DNA of 63,979 bases, counting the filler, from Conidiobolus incongruus B7586 (taxonomy: Eukaryota), in assembly GCA_000697335.1 (NCBI GenBank). It is 9 parts of 9 records of this genome, joined end to end, with 100 filler letters (N's around TTAATTAATTAA, not from the genome) between each part and the next. Parts side by side here need not be neighbours in the genome. Positions count along the whole stretch, not along the records: positions 12,057 to 18,964 come from JNEM01006503.1; positions 19,065 to 35,698 come from JNEM01006504.1; 7 more parts are not named here. One strand, written 5' to 3'. Shown in pieces: positions 14,701 to 26,200 of the stretch. Numbering within the stretch: the first letter of the stretch is position 1; every line of letters begins with the position of its first letter. A program made the position numbers and the translations under genes. The notes beneath the pieces were generated by a model, which was not told the origin of the DNA, ran no database searches, and saw only the letters and a list, made by a program, of their open reading frames with translations.

Positions 14701-15166
14701 CTCACTCCCATTACCTTTGGCGGATACTTATATCAATTGATTCTCTTACATTAATAAAGGAACATAAGCACCGCATATATAAATATATATATATCAAATT
14801 TTGATATTTAAATTACTTTCTTACTTATTTCAAAATCAGAGCATTAATGGAAAAAACATTGTTATTTCTCAAAGATGATATGTCCTTTGCTAAATACCTT
14901 GTATAATAATGTATCCAATATCCAATATGGTGCTCAAAATCACTCATGCATCATTTTAGCTTTTCAAGTGGACTCATTTTGTGTAACAATTTAATAATTA
15001 CATCTACCTAAGTTAAAGAAAAAATGTTAAGACATAAATCCTTGTGCAATGGTAATGGATCAATTTCGAAATAATTCAACCTCAAAAATTATTGAGGATT
15101 TACGAAATGTTATATTAAGCAGTAGTATCACTATATCCACGATAATTAAGTTTAATTTTTAATATA

Positions 15167-16609
15167 ATGTTGCTTCAAACTCTTTTGCAGTTGGCATTTG
15201 TCTCTTCTATTCGCCTTCATTCTAGCCCTGCTGAAGAACAAGTCGAAGGTGCTGTCAGAGCCGCTGCTTCATCCTCTGTCCAAACTTTATGGTTTGATCA
15301 AAAAATCAGCCATACTACCAAATATCCTGGCACCTACAAGCAAAGATACTATGTGAATACTGAATTCTACAAGCCTGGTGGTCCTGCCTTCCTTTATCTG
15401 GGTGGTGAATCTCCTCTTGCTTCTTCCAGTGTTAGCAGAGGTATTGTTTATGACATGGCTAAACAAAATGGTGGTATTATTTACGGTTTGGAACACAGAT
15501 ATTATGGCCAAAGTCAACCTTTCGGAGATCATTCCGTCCAAAGCTTAGAGCACTTAAGCACTTTCAATGGATTAGAAGATGCTCATAATTTTATGGACAA
15601 AGTCATTAATCCTGTAACTAATACGACTAACGTTGGCACCCGCTGGGTTACTGTTGGAGGAAGTTATCCTGGAAGTTTATCAGCCTGGTTACGTCAAAAA
15701 TACCAAACACAAGTATATGCTGCTTTGGCCTCTTCAGCCCCCGTTCTTGCTAAGGAAGATTTCTTTGAATATGATCAAGTTCTTCAATCTGCTTTAGGTC
15801 AACAATGTTTCACTAAGATTGAACAAATTAAAAACTACTTTGACAACAAATTCGAAAACAAGACTCTTTTACACGAACTTAAGGAACAATTCGGATGTGG
15901 TGAAATTGAAGATGATATTCATTTCCTTTACGTCATAGCTGATATGTTGGCCACTTTAGTTCAATATAATGACAACTCTTCTCAGCCTAATATTAATTCT
16001 ATGTGCAGTCAATATGAATCACTCTCCGCCATTGAAGACTTGGTCAAGGCTCATATTGAAAATATGAAGGCTTTTTTGAAGAATTGGGGCCAAACTTGCC
16101 TTGATTTTAGTGGTATCCCTGCTTTCTCCAGTCCCTCTGTCGATACTAATGGTATGCTTCGTCAATGGACCTACCAATGTTGTACTGAATACGGATACTG
16201 GCAAACTGCTCCCAAGGGCAGCTCCACTCGCTCCAAATATTTGACTGTCGATTGGTTCAATAACTATTTTTGCTCTGAAAAGTTCTACGGTAAGAAAATT
16301 GGACCTCCTAACACTAAGGCTATCAATGGTGCTTTCCGTGGTCTTGACAACTATATCAGTAGAGTCATTTGGACCAATGGCAATGCTGATCCCTGGATTG
16401 CCCTTTCTATCTCTAACACCAAGCAATCCACTCGTGAAAGACCAATTTATGTTATTGAGCAAGGAAGTCATGCCAACGATTTAGGAGCTGACCGTCCTGG
16501 AGATTCTGCCAGTTTGACAGAAATCAGAAAAAAGATTCGTAGTGATATCAAACGCTGGTTAAGAATTCCTTATTACTCTAACTCTGGTATTGCTGATACT
16601 TCTAATTAG
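15167..16609 (+). CDS. Secreted serine peptidase family S28 (PRCP/DPP7-like)
   Basis: Signal peptide; YKQRYYVN, LYLGGE, LEHRYYGQS; catalytic GGSYPG (Ser), NGNADPW (Asp), GSHANDL (His). Confidence 0.93.
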   Translation: MLLQTLLQLAFVSSIRLHSSPAEEQVEGAVRAAASSSVQTLWFDQKISHTTKYPGTYKQRYYVNTEFYKPGGPAFLYLGGESPLASSSVSRGIVYDMAKQNGGIIYGLEHRYYGQSQPFGDHSVQSLEHLSTFNGLEDAHNFMDKVINPVTNTTNVGTRWVTVGGSYPGSLSAWLRQKYQTQVYAALASSAPVLAKEDFFEYDQVLQSALGQQCFTKIEQIKNYFDNKFENKTLLHELKEQFGCGEIEDDIHFLYVIADMLATLVQYNDNSSQPNINSMCSQYESLSAIEDLVKAHIENMKAFLKNWGQTCLDFSGIPAFSSPSVDTNGMLRQWTYQCCTEYGYWQTAPKGSSTRSKYLTVDWFNNYFCSEKFYGKKIGPPNTKAINGAFRGLDNYISRVIWTNGNADPWIALSISNTKQSTRERPIYVIEQGSHANDLGADRPGDSASLTEIRKKIRSDIKRWLRIPYYSNSGIADTSN

Positions 16610-17944
16610 ATCAAAACAAAAATAATTAATATTTATCAAAATAAATCATAATAGCATAATTAAAAATATTAACTTTAGATTTAATTTGGAATACATTTAT
16701 TGATTTTAATATATTAAGCATTAAAATTTAATTTTGACTTTTAACCTGTAACTCTTGAATAAATTATCACTTTACTCTTTACGCCAATTGGATTAAATAT
16801 TAAATTCAAATTTTATTAATTAATTTGTTTTTATATTATATATCAAAAATACTATTGGAAATAATAAGGTAACAAAGAAATTATTATTGATCTTTTATCC
16901 ATTATACTAATTTAGCTTAATATATATTTTTAAAGTTTAAAGCATTTTACTTCACAATACAATAATTAAAGCTGATTGTACTTTTTAAGATATTATTTGG
17001 AATAGCAATTCTTAAAATCCTAATAAATTGACTAATTATTATTAAAAAATTAAAATAGATTGAAATTATTGATTTTAATTTAAAAAAGATTAATAATTAT
17101 CAAGATTAAACTTAATAATATATTAATATATTTCTAATTTATTTTTTAATTTTTATATCTCCAAACTTATATAATATATATTATAATCTAATTGAATAAA
17201 TAATTTAAAATTTATTTATATTAGTAAATATATATTTAATATAATTTCTGATATTAAAAACTGATAATAAATTTTTTTATATAATGTATATATTTAAATT
17301 ATATTTATAAAAACTTTTTTATTTATATAACAAAATATTATTCCAAGTATAATAATAAATATTCAATAATTAATTTAAAAAATAACTTTTAAAGTTTTTA
17401 TATTATTTTTATAAAATTAATTTAATTATATATTTATCATAATCTAAAATATTATATTAGTTACTTTTTAAAATATTATTAATTATAATGATTTAAAGTT
17501 ATTTTTTTTAATTAAATAATTGATTATATATTAATAATATATATTTTGTTATTATTAATCAATGATTTCTTATTATGATAAAATAAATAAATCTTTGTAA
17601 GATTTTATTACTATTATTATTATTATGAATAATATTATTAATAATTTTTTTATTTAAAAAACATCTTTAAATAAAAAATCTAAAATAATTATCAAATAAA
17701 TAATTTATTAAAAAAATAAATTAAATTCAATTAATAATATGGAATTAATTTTTATTACTTTTATTTAAGTTAAAGGAAAAATTAAATATTATTTAGTTTA
17801 AAAACCTATTTCTTTATAAATTACCTTAGAATATATTTTATTTGATAATAATTAATTAAAAAATTATTTAAATATATTATTAGATTAAACTAATGATTTT
17901 TTTAAAATATTAATGCTTTTTAATATAATATATCTTATTAATAA

Positions 17945-18747
17945 TATTAAAAAACTAATTCTTTAAATTCTTATATATATTTCTTTATAACTTAACTAAT
18001 TATAAATTATATAATTAATTTATACTTTTATAATTAAATTAATTATATAAATAGCATTGAATTATTTAATAAACAAGGTTCTTTTTTTCTTAATTTTTAT
18101 TATTTTTTATTTTTTTCACTATTTTTAAGATTAAGACTATATTTTATTAATATTGTAAGTGTAGTGGTAGTTAAACTAATATAGTGCAGAGGAAGACTTA
18201 ATATAAAAGTAGTGTGGCGCAGAACGTGGTAATATAACGTGGCTGTAGCGTGCAAGTGTAAACAAAGTTTAATTAAGCTTCGAACTAGGATGAGTCACTG
18301 ATATATTAAGATTTATATTAGGTAGTGCCAATATCCTACAATATTGACAGAATATAGTCTCAATCTTAGAAATAGTGTAAAAGTAAAAAATAGTAAGAAT
18401 TGAGAGGAAAAAGAGGAACCTAGTTTATTAGATAATTTAATACTATTTATACAATTAATTTAACTATATAAGTATAAATTAATCATATAATTTATAGTTA
18501 ATTGGATTATATGAAAGTGTATATAAGAATTTAGAGAACTAGTCTCTTAACAAATATCATAATATATTAACACTACCTAATATAAATCTTAATATATTAG
18601 TGACTTATCTTAGTTTAAAGCTTAATTAAAATTTATTTATATATTCATATTATATTCCATATTATATTACTATATTTTATGCTATATTATCTTTATATTA
18701 AATTTTCCTTTATATTATATTAGTAATTTTTTACTAATACATTTACA
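17945..18747 (+). mobile_element. Old, heavily mutated solo LTR (family A), interrupted by a younger LTR
   Basis: 17945-18153 plus 18558-18747 align with LTR 44645-45048. Flanked by 5-bp TSD AATAA (17940-17944, 18748-18752). Confidence 0.8.
18154..18552 (-). mobile_element. Young solo LTR (family A), 399 bp
   Basis: TG...CA termini; 5-bp TSD AATAT (18149-18153, 18553-18557); near-identical to 41544-41941 and to the reverse complement of 44645-45048. Confidence 0.92.
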
Positions 18748-18799
18748 AATAATATAAGCAAATATAATAATATAATATATAAATTAATTAAAAAAACTT

Positions 18800-18964
18800 T
18801 TTTTAGAAGATTTAATAAAATTAAATAATTTTATATTTTTAAAATTAAATTAATATTATAAATAATATTGATTATCTAATAGACTAGGTTTTTTTTCTAT
18901 TTTTTTAATTCTTATTATTTTTTATTTTTTAATTATTTTTGAGATTAAAGTTATATTCTATTAA
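18800..18964 (+). mobile_element. Degenerate family-A LTR fragment, cut by gap
   Basis: attatctaatagactaggtt...gagattaaagttatattctattaa matches the central part of the LTR. Confidence 0.55.
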
Positions 18965-19064
18965 NNNNNNNNNNNNNNNNNNNNNNNNNNNNNNNNNNNN
19001 NNNNNNNNTTAATTAATTAANNNNNNNNNNNNNNNNNNNNNNNNNNNNNNNNNNNNNNNNNNNN

Positions 19065-19349
19065 TTCGTATCTTCTAACACTCAGCACGGTGGTCAAGAA
19101 ACTACTCATATGACTATGTTGACCACTTTTGCTCACTTTGGTATCATTTACGTTCCTTTGGGTTACACCAATCCTCATTTGAATTTGGACGATGCCGTCC
19201 TTGGTGGTAGTCCTTGGGGTGCTTCAGTCGTCGCCGGTAGTAACGGTAGACTTCAGCCCAATGAAAAAGAATTGGATATTGCTAGAACTCAAGGCGAAAA
19301 CTTTGCAAAGGTCGTTTCTCAATACATTAATGGAGCTCCTGCTTCTTAA
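19065..19349 (+). CDS. NAD(P)H:quinone oxidoreductase type IV (WrbA/Pst2/Ycp4-like flavodoxin), 5'-truncated by gap
   Basis: Frame from 19065 reads FVSSNTQHGGQETTHMTMLTTFAHFGIIYVPLGY...GGSPWGASVVAGSNGRLQPNEKELDIARTQGENF. Confidence 0.92.
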   Translation, partial: FVSSNTQHGGQETTHMTMLTTFAHFGIIYVPLGYTNPHLNLDDAVLGGSPWGASVVAGSNGRLQPNEKELDIARTQGENFAKVVSQYINGAPAS

Positions 19350-20504
19350 CGTATTTTAATAAAACAAAATTTACGCTCATTATAAAATTGATAGAATATT
19401 AATCAAATATATTTCCAACATTATTTATATTTTAAATTCATAACTTATGAGTTATATATAAATCATTGTTCAGATTATTTGTTTCCTCATATTTTCGTAT
19501 ACAGTATATTTTTAAAACAATTTTAATTTATTTAAAAAACGAATCTTTTAACAAGTATTTCAATTAATATTACAATAATTTTATTATAGTATTGAGTTGA
19601 TATTTTGCTTTAATAATATTAAATATTATAACCTATAATTAAAAATATAGTTTATTTAAGCATTTAAATTTATAATATCAAATCTTTCATCTTGAAAATG
19701 ACTTGAATATAACTTTAATTTTCAAAATGAACATAATGAAATTGAAAAAAATTAAGTGTTTGTGATACTATAATTTATATTTTATAGATAGCTATAAACA
19801 TTAACAAAATGTTGATTATAATAAATATTGTTATTATTCAGATCAAGAAGTTAATTAAATCAAATATTTGCTGGATTTGAAAATATGAACTGTTTTTTTA
19901 GCTTGGAATGGCATTTTTACATTCAATATTCATTGTAATTAATCATTATATGGTAAATTCTTCTGAACTGATGTGATATTGTTTATAGTGTTGGTTGATT
20001 AATATTGTAAATATTTCTCATTAATAAACATTGTTCAATTCTAATAACTGAGTATCAATTAAATACCACTATTTCCACAGTGATTGTTATATTATTCAAT
20101 TTTGTAATCATTATATAGATATATTGTTTGAATCAATCAATACATTAAATGTAGTGTTATCTTATTGATTCAATCAGTTAGAGTAAAAAGAATCTTATTT
20201 GAAATATTTTCACCATTCTATATTAATTTTACAATTTATCGGTTATATAATATACGAAATATTTAGTTTGAATAATTCTTTATCAACCAATACCTCCATT
20301 TAATGTACTAATGGAAAGTGATTTTATGTATCATTGAAATTATATAATATTCTGATATTTTATTCATAATAGAAAATAACTATACTATCATAAAATATTG
20401 TCCAGTTTGATAGAGGATATAATAATATTATTTGAATTTAAATAGTAAAATTAGTTTGATTAATGCACCTAAACATAATAGGTAGTGAATTGATTAAAGT
20501 TATA

Positions 20505-22372
20505 TTAATCATATTCAATATAGGGGCTATCATTATAATCGATATATTCTATATCATATTTATCATGACCATAATTACTGTGATTTCCATTGTGATCATT
20601 ATTGTTACTGTCATCGTTTCCTCTATCGATTGAATTATCACCCATATCAGTTTCATCCTAACAGATATCACAGTTATGATCACCTTCATTTTGATTATAA
20701 TTGGATGAGTCATCACCGTATAATAAATCCAAAACAATATCAACTAAATTATTACCACGATAGTAACAACTATCACCAGCTTGAGTCTCTTCAGTTTGAT
20801 CTAAATTGTTGGATTGATTATCATTGTTGTCATTATTAGTAATCAAGTCAATTGCAATATCGGCCAAATTTAATATAACTATTCTGTTACCGTTATTAAG
20901 AATATACAATATAAGATTGATTATATCACCACAATTGTAAGAAACCCAATCGACTCCTGCACCTTCGGATTCCTTTCCACTGTTTTCTAAATCATAACTA
21001 GTTGGATCGTTTAAAAGATCAACTACAACATCTACAACTAAATTGGTGTGATCGTTACCAGCATTTTTGTCAATAATATTTAAGACTAAATCACTAGACT
21101 GTTACCAAGGTCGTAAGTATTATCACCAACTTGAGTATCCTCTGATTGTTCATCAGTATTACCTTTTGGATTGTAGCTATCACTGTTAATAAGATCGATA
21201 ACAGTATTAACTGCGATATTAATGTGGTTATTCCCTTCGTCCTTATCACTATGATTTAAAAGATCCAAGCTTAGTTTGATTAAAGGGTTGGCACCAATAT
21301 ATGTTCCATCCCCTACTTGAGTATCATCTAGTTGATTATCATTAAGTAGGTCAACAATTGCATCAACTGATATATTTGTAGGGCTATTTCCACCCTTAGT
21401 GTCAATAAGATTCAAAATTGAAGCAATAAGACTGTTACTATGGTCTTTGGAGTCACTACCAGCTTGAGTGTCTTCATATCCAGTATCGCCTTGACATCAG
21501 GATTGTAATTATCTATGTCAAGAAGATCAACAATAGAATCTACTGTGATATCAATTGGACTATCATCATTGCTATCACCAACTTCAAGCAAATCCAAGAC
21601 CAAGTCGACCAAAGTATTCCCGCGAACTAACGATTCATCGCCACTTAGATCACCTTGAGAACCTACTTCTCCAATTGGGGTATCGTGATGATCTTGGTCA
21701 AGAAGATTGACAACAGCATCTACAGCGATATCAGCAAGATTCATGTTTGGAATGGAATGATCCAAAAATGTTGGGTTGTTAGGACTTTGATTATGACATT
21801 ATCTTCACCATCAGAATAATCGTTAACTTATAGAAGATCTACAATTATATTGATCTCAACTGAGTAATTACCATGACTATACGAATCATCGTTAACTTCA
21901 AAGTCATCAGTCGCATCTTCAAAGTATAGTGTATCAAGTAAGCCCAAAGCAACGTCACCAATACTTCCATCCAACAGAGTGTGCCCATCTTCACTTTTAT
22001 CCTCACTCCCATCATTATCGTTCATAGAAGGTCTTTTACCTTTTCTGCTTGCAATTTCCCACACATTTTCCCCCAAATCTACAGCCGCATTAATATTGCT
22101 ACCAGGACGATTTTGACATTTCCTCGACTTAATATCATTACCAATAGGCCCGAAATACATTTTACCTTCAATATTGTTCGTAGTCCTCCTCTTACTCTTG
22201 TCCAAAAGACCAACTGCGTAACATTGGGTTTAATGGGATTGGAATCGTCTCCGTAATTCCCATGGCCGGCAGCAATAGCATTTAAATCTACCATGAGTCC
22301 AACATCTTTCTTGGTGGGATTTGATCGAATTGTCCCAATTGCAATCCAAATCACTAGCTTAAAACAAATCAT
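20505..22372 (-). pseudogene. Frameshifted secreted Asp-rich repeat protein (left-arm copy)
   Basis: Mirror of 32390-34258, with one extra 1-bp deletion near 21092 that splits the 252-aa fragment. Confidence 0.8.
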
Positions 22373-23672
22373 AAGATTTAGCAAAATATATGTTGACTGT
22401 ATAAAGTAAAGACAATCAGGTTGACATAGATAAATAAAAATGATTTAAAATCAAAGAATTGTGATTCATTACCACCTTGAAGTAAACCATGTTATTTTAA
22501 TATTAGAGTTACTTATTTTCTTTATCTTTTTTTTGAATATAATATAAGAGATCTAAAAATCACTTAGTCCCAATTATTAATTTGATATAATGAATTAATT
22601 TTAGTCTTCTCTCCCAGATCTATCACCAAGAATTACTTGAAATAATGGGTATATTTTTTCAAACTGGTAAATATTTAATTCGGTTAGTGGTTGATTTTAA
22701 TTGTTGGTTTCTTACATATATTAATCGGATGTTGTAAGATTTAATTAATATAAGGATTAAGGGTATTTTGTATGTTTTCAGTCAATAGAAATTTATAATT
22801 TGGTCAAATTAGGCTTGGTTGGTTTAATTTTAGTTAGTGCGGTTTAATTAAATATTTTAAATAAAAAATTTTGCCAAAAATACTAAATTGTGCTAAAGAG
22901 TTCGTAATGAAATTTGTCATTAATATAATATTCAATTATATTAGCATTGGCTTTGTATAAAAATATTATAATTTACAATTATATTCAATTTCCCTTCACT
23001 ATATTAATATCAATTATGATAAATTTAAAACTCAATATTCATAACAATCAAATTATAAATTTACAAGTTACCAAATCAATGAAAAGATAATATATCAACA
23101 ATGCAAAACAGTATATTACTTGAGAGAACAATTGATAATTGAAATTTCTATTTTCAATCGAACACGAAACTAATTGATATGGCTGTATATAATTATACTT
23201 TCTGAAGAATAGATAAATTTAATATATTTAGAATTTAAAATAACACGGCAATTTGTATTGTAATATTTATTGATGTATAGGAGAATACCAGTAATATATC
23301 TATTATTTAATTATTTCTAACTTTTATACCAAATTTTTAAAAAAAAATGATAAAATATATAATAATTACGGTATTTCGTAAAATTAATATCACTTTATTT
23401 TTATTCAAAAAAAATACAAACTAACAAATTTCAAAAATTTGGTATATTTATTAATATATTAAAATTTTTCAACTTGAAAATTATTAAGAATTTTAACAGA
23501 TATTTCCAAGAATATATCCATATATTATTTTAAGGATATAATACAAATTTATTATTGTTATTTAACCTATTTGTAATATATAGTTCATATATTAATAAAT
23601 ATAAAAATTCATGAATAAATATTTATTCAGTATAATTATTATTAAATAATTGACTATAAATCTAGGTATATT

Positions 23673-24674
23673 TTAGTAATCATAGGATCTGTGACGATCC
23701 TCACCATATCCCTTTTCATCACGGTAGCGACCGTTGTAGTCATTGTCGCGGTCATATCCCTTACGACCGTGATAACTGTCGTCATAGCTCTTGTTACTGT
23801 AGTAATAATCGTTACTCCTGCGATCGTAATCACGATCATAGTCTCTTTGGCGACTGTACTCGTAGAATCTTCTATTGTAACCGATATCATAAGATCTGTA
23901 GCGATTGTAGTCATCGTAGTCGCGTCTATGATCGCGATCGTATCCTTTATGATGGTCGTAGTCGTCATATCTACGAGGGCGATAGTAATCATAACTATTG
24001 TATCCATGGTTATAATCATCACTATATCCACCATAGTTATAGTCACCACGTCCATTATCGTGTACATCATCATGTACATCACCATCATCACCACGATCAT
24101 GATTATAATCACTAACTCCAGTACCTTCGTCACTATCATCATCATCGCCATCACCATCATCATCATTACCTCCATCGTCATGTCCGTCATGACCATAGTG
24201 ATCTTCATCTCCCAAGCTTATATCGACATCAGCAACATTGCCGTTGTCATAGTCTTCAGGATGATCATCATAGCCATCGTGACCAGTCAAATCAATGATA
24301 GCCTTACCTCTACCATTACCCAAGGTGTAATCTTCTCCAATGAGAGCCTTGACGAAAATTTCATCCAAGTCAATTTCTCCAGGATGTCTACCCAAAGTGC
24401 TATAGACATCGATATCATTTTCGTTATGTTCATGTGGATGATATCCACCAATGAGATCACCACCTTCAACATGAATAACAGGTTTCTTATCTTTACTCTT
24501 TCTGCGACCATCCAAAGCATCATCGAGATCGACCACTACGTGGGTGTGGTCGCTATCATCGTTGTATTGGTTGATACCCAGTAATGTAGTCACATCCAAA
24601 TCAAGTTCAGGATTGTCAGTGGGACGTCCTTGAATAGCGGTAATTAAAATTAAAGCAATAATTCCCAGTTGCAT
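23673..24674 (-). CDS. Secreted Asp/Gly/His- and Tyr/Arg/Asp-rich low-complexity protein, copy 1
   Basis: 333-aa ORF with signal peptide MQLGIIALILITAIQG, acidic middle, and a YD/RD-rich C-terminus. Confidence 0.88.
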   Translation of the reverse strand: MQLGIIALILITAIQGRPTDNPELDLDVTTLLGINQYNDDSDHTHVVVDLDDALDGRRKSKDKKPVIHVEGGDLIGGYHPHEHNENDIDVYSTLGRHPGEIDLDEIFVKALIGEDYTLGNGRGKAIIDLTGHDGYDDHPEDYDNGNVADVDISLGDEDHYGHDGHDDGGNDDDGDGDDDDSDEGTGVSDYNHDRGDDGDVHDDVHDNGRGDYNYGGYSDDYNHGYNSYDYYRPRRYDDYDHHKGYDRDHRRDYDDYNRYRSYDIGYNRRFYEYSRQRDYDRDYDRRSNDYYYSNKSYDDSYHGRKGYDRDNDYNGRYRDEKGYGEDRHRSYDY

Positions 24675-25469
24675 TGTAAAAAATAAATTAAATAAATTAA
24701 GATATTAATTATTGTGTTAAAATTCAACTCAACTTTCAATATTTATATTATTTTTTTTCAATCAATTCCAAAATTTTTTATTATAATGTATATTATTCAA
24801 ATTCAGTTAAATTGATCTCTGTTGTTATGTTGTGAATTTATAAAAAATTATATTCCACGATTATTTAATTTTGAAAATTGAAAAAATTTAACTAAATTTA
24901 AATTAGTTTTTAAAATACTCCATATCATAATTATTTTATAAATAATTCAATTTATTTTGGAAATTTAAAATAAATATTGTTAAAAAGCTATTCTAAATTA
25001 AATATTATCAAAATTTATCTAATATATTGTATAAAATAATTTGCTAGTTATAAACAATTTTAAATTTCAAAATGATAAAAACCAATAGTTTGAATTTCTA
25101 TTTTAAATGAATGTTAAGTATATGATATGCTAATATAATCTTAAAATCAATATTACTTCAAGCAATTTTGATATATATAATTATAATTATGATCAGTATT
25201 TATATAAATTTCAATATCATATTTTTAATATGTTATTAGAGTTAATTTCTAACAATCATAATATTTGATATTATCAAGAAAAATTCATCCACATGGTATT
25301 CAAAGCTATTTATGGAGCCTTTATATATTGATAGAATATTCAATCAGGCAGAATTAATATAAATCAACTTTGATCAAATAAATTATTTTAAAACCTAGGT
25401 TTCGGTATTGATGTTGTCAATAGCAATATATATATATATAATTAAGTATAAAATATAACTTGAAATACA

Positions 25470-26200
25470 TTTTTACATTTATCCCGATATCTCACTAAGA
25501 AATCTAGGAAATCATAATTAACATCAGGTTGGAAACTTATTGCAATCAATTGGTTTGTCGTGATAGTTACAACCAATTAGATATATTACTTCATCCATAA
25601 TTGGTGTATTTTTATATCCGGTCACATATTTTTATTATATAAATTTTCTAGGTTAGAAAAAAATTACAATTATATGTATAAAGTATCACTACTAATTGGA
25701 CAAGTAGCTTGAATTTTTATGTTATGATAGTATTTAATAGACTGGAATCTCCGTTACTAATAGCATCTCATTCCATTTACACGATTATAGGCTCGCCAGC
25801 CGATAGGGAAGTAAAAGTTATGGCCTATGAAGGGATAATGACAATATTGAGATAATTATAGTGATAATTCTGATGTTATACTTGGAATGGAAAATGTTGA
25901 ACAATACAAATATAATGATGCTGGGCTAGTATCAAGACGAATAGAAGCATATATAAAAATCAATTTTGTAACCTTAACTCTTAATATCTATTTAGTTAAC
26001 CAAAACTCCAAATTTTTTAAATTTATGATATATTACTATGATTCTTCAAAAAGATAAAATAGTAGCTAGTATGTGTATCAATTTAGTTATTCATTTGGAA
26101 AAGTAAGAAACTGCAAAACATGGTATAGTCCCCGAACTCAATCACCAGTAACTTGTAACCAATTTACCAATCATTATCATTCAATACATTATACTCATAT
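25470..26200 (-). pseudogene. Possible 7TM/GPCR-like gene remnant in the palindrome spacer
   Basis: Broken frames read ILATILSFE, IFIYASIRLDTSPASLYLYCSTFS, KYVTGYKNTPIMDEVIYLI, IAISFQPDVNYDF. Family assignment is from recollection of entomophthoralean GPCR-like proteins and is unverified. Confidence 0.3.

Larger units (their letters stand above)
19065..24647. repeat. Left arm of ~5.6-kb inverted repeat
   Basis: Reverse complement of 30115-35698. Mirrored coordinates sum to 54763 or 54762, implying one indel (near 21092). Confidence 0.97.

Noticed and set aside
15287..16484. Small ORFs overlapping the S28 gene (also 4412-4766 and 8405-8632)
   Set aside because: Alternative-frame or antisense by-products of real CDSs.
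23654..24584. Long Met/Ile/Thr/Val-rich ORFs (184 and 297 aa, and mirrors at 30178-31108)
   Set aside because: Shadow frames of the GAT/GAC/TAT-rich 333-aa gene, which alone has a signal peptide and a coherent paralog.
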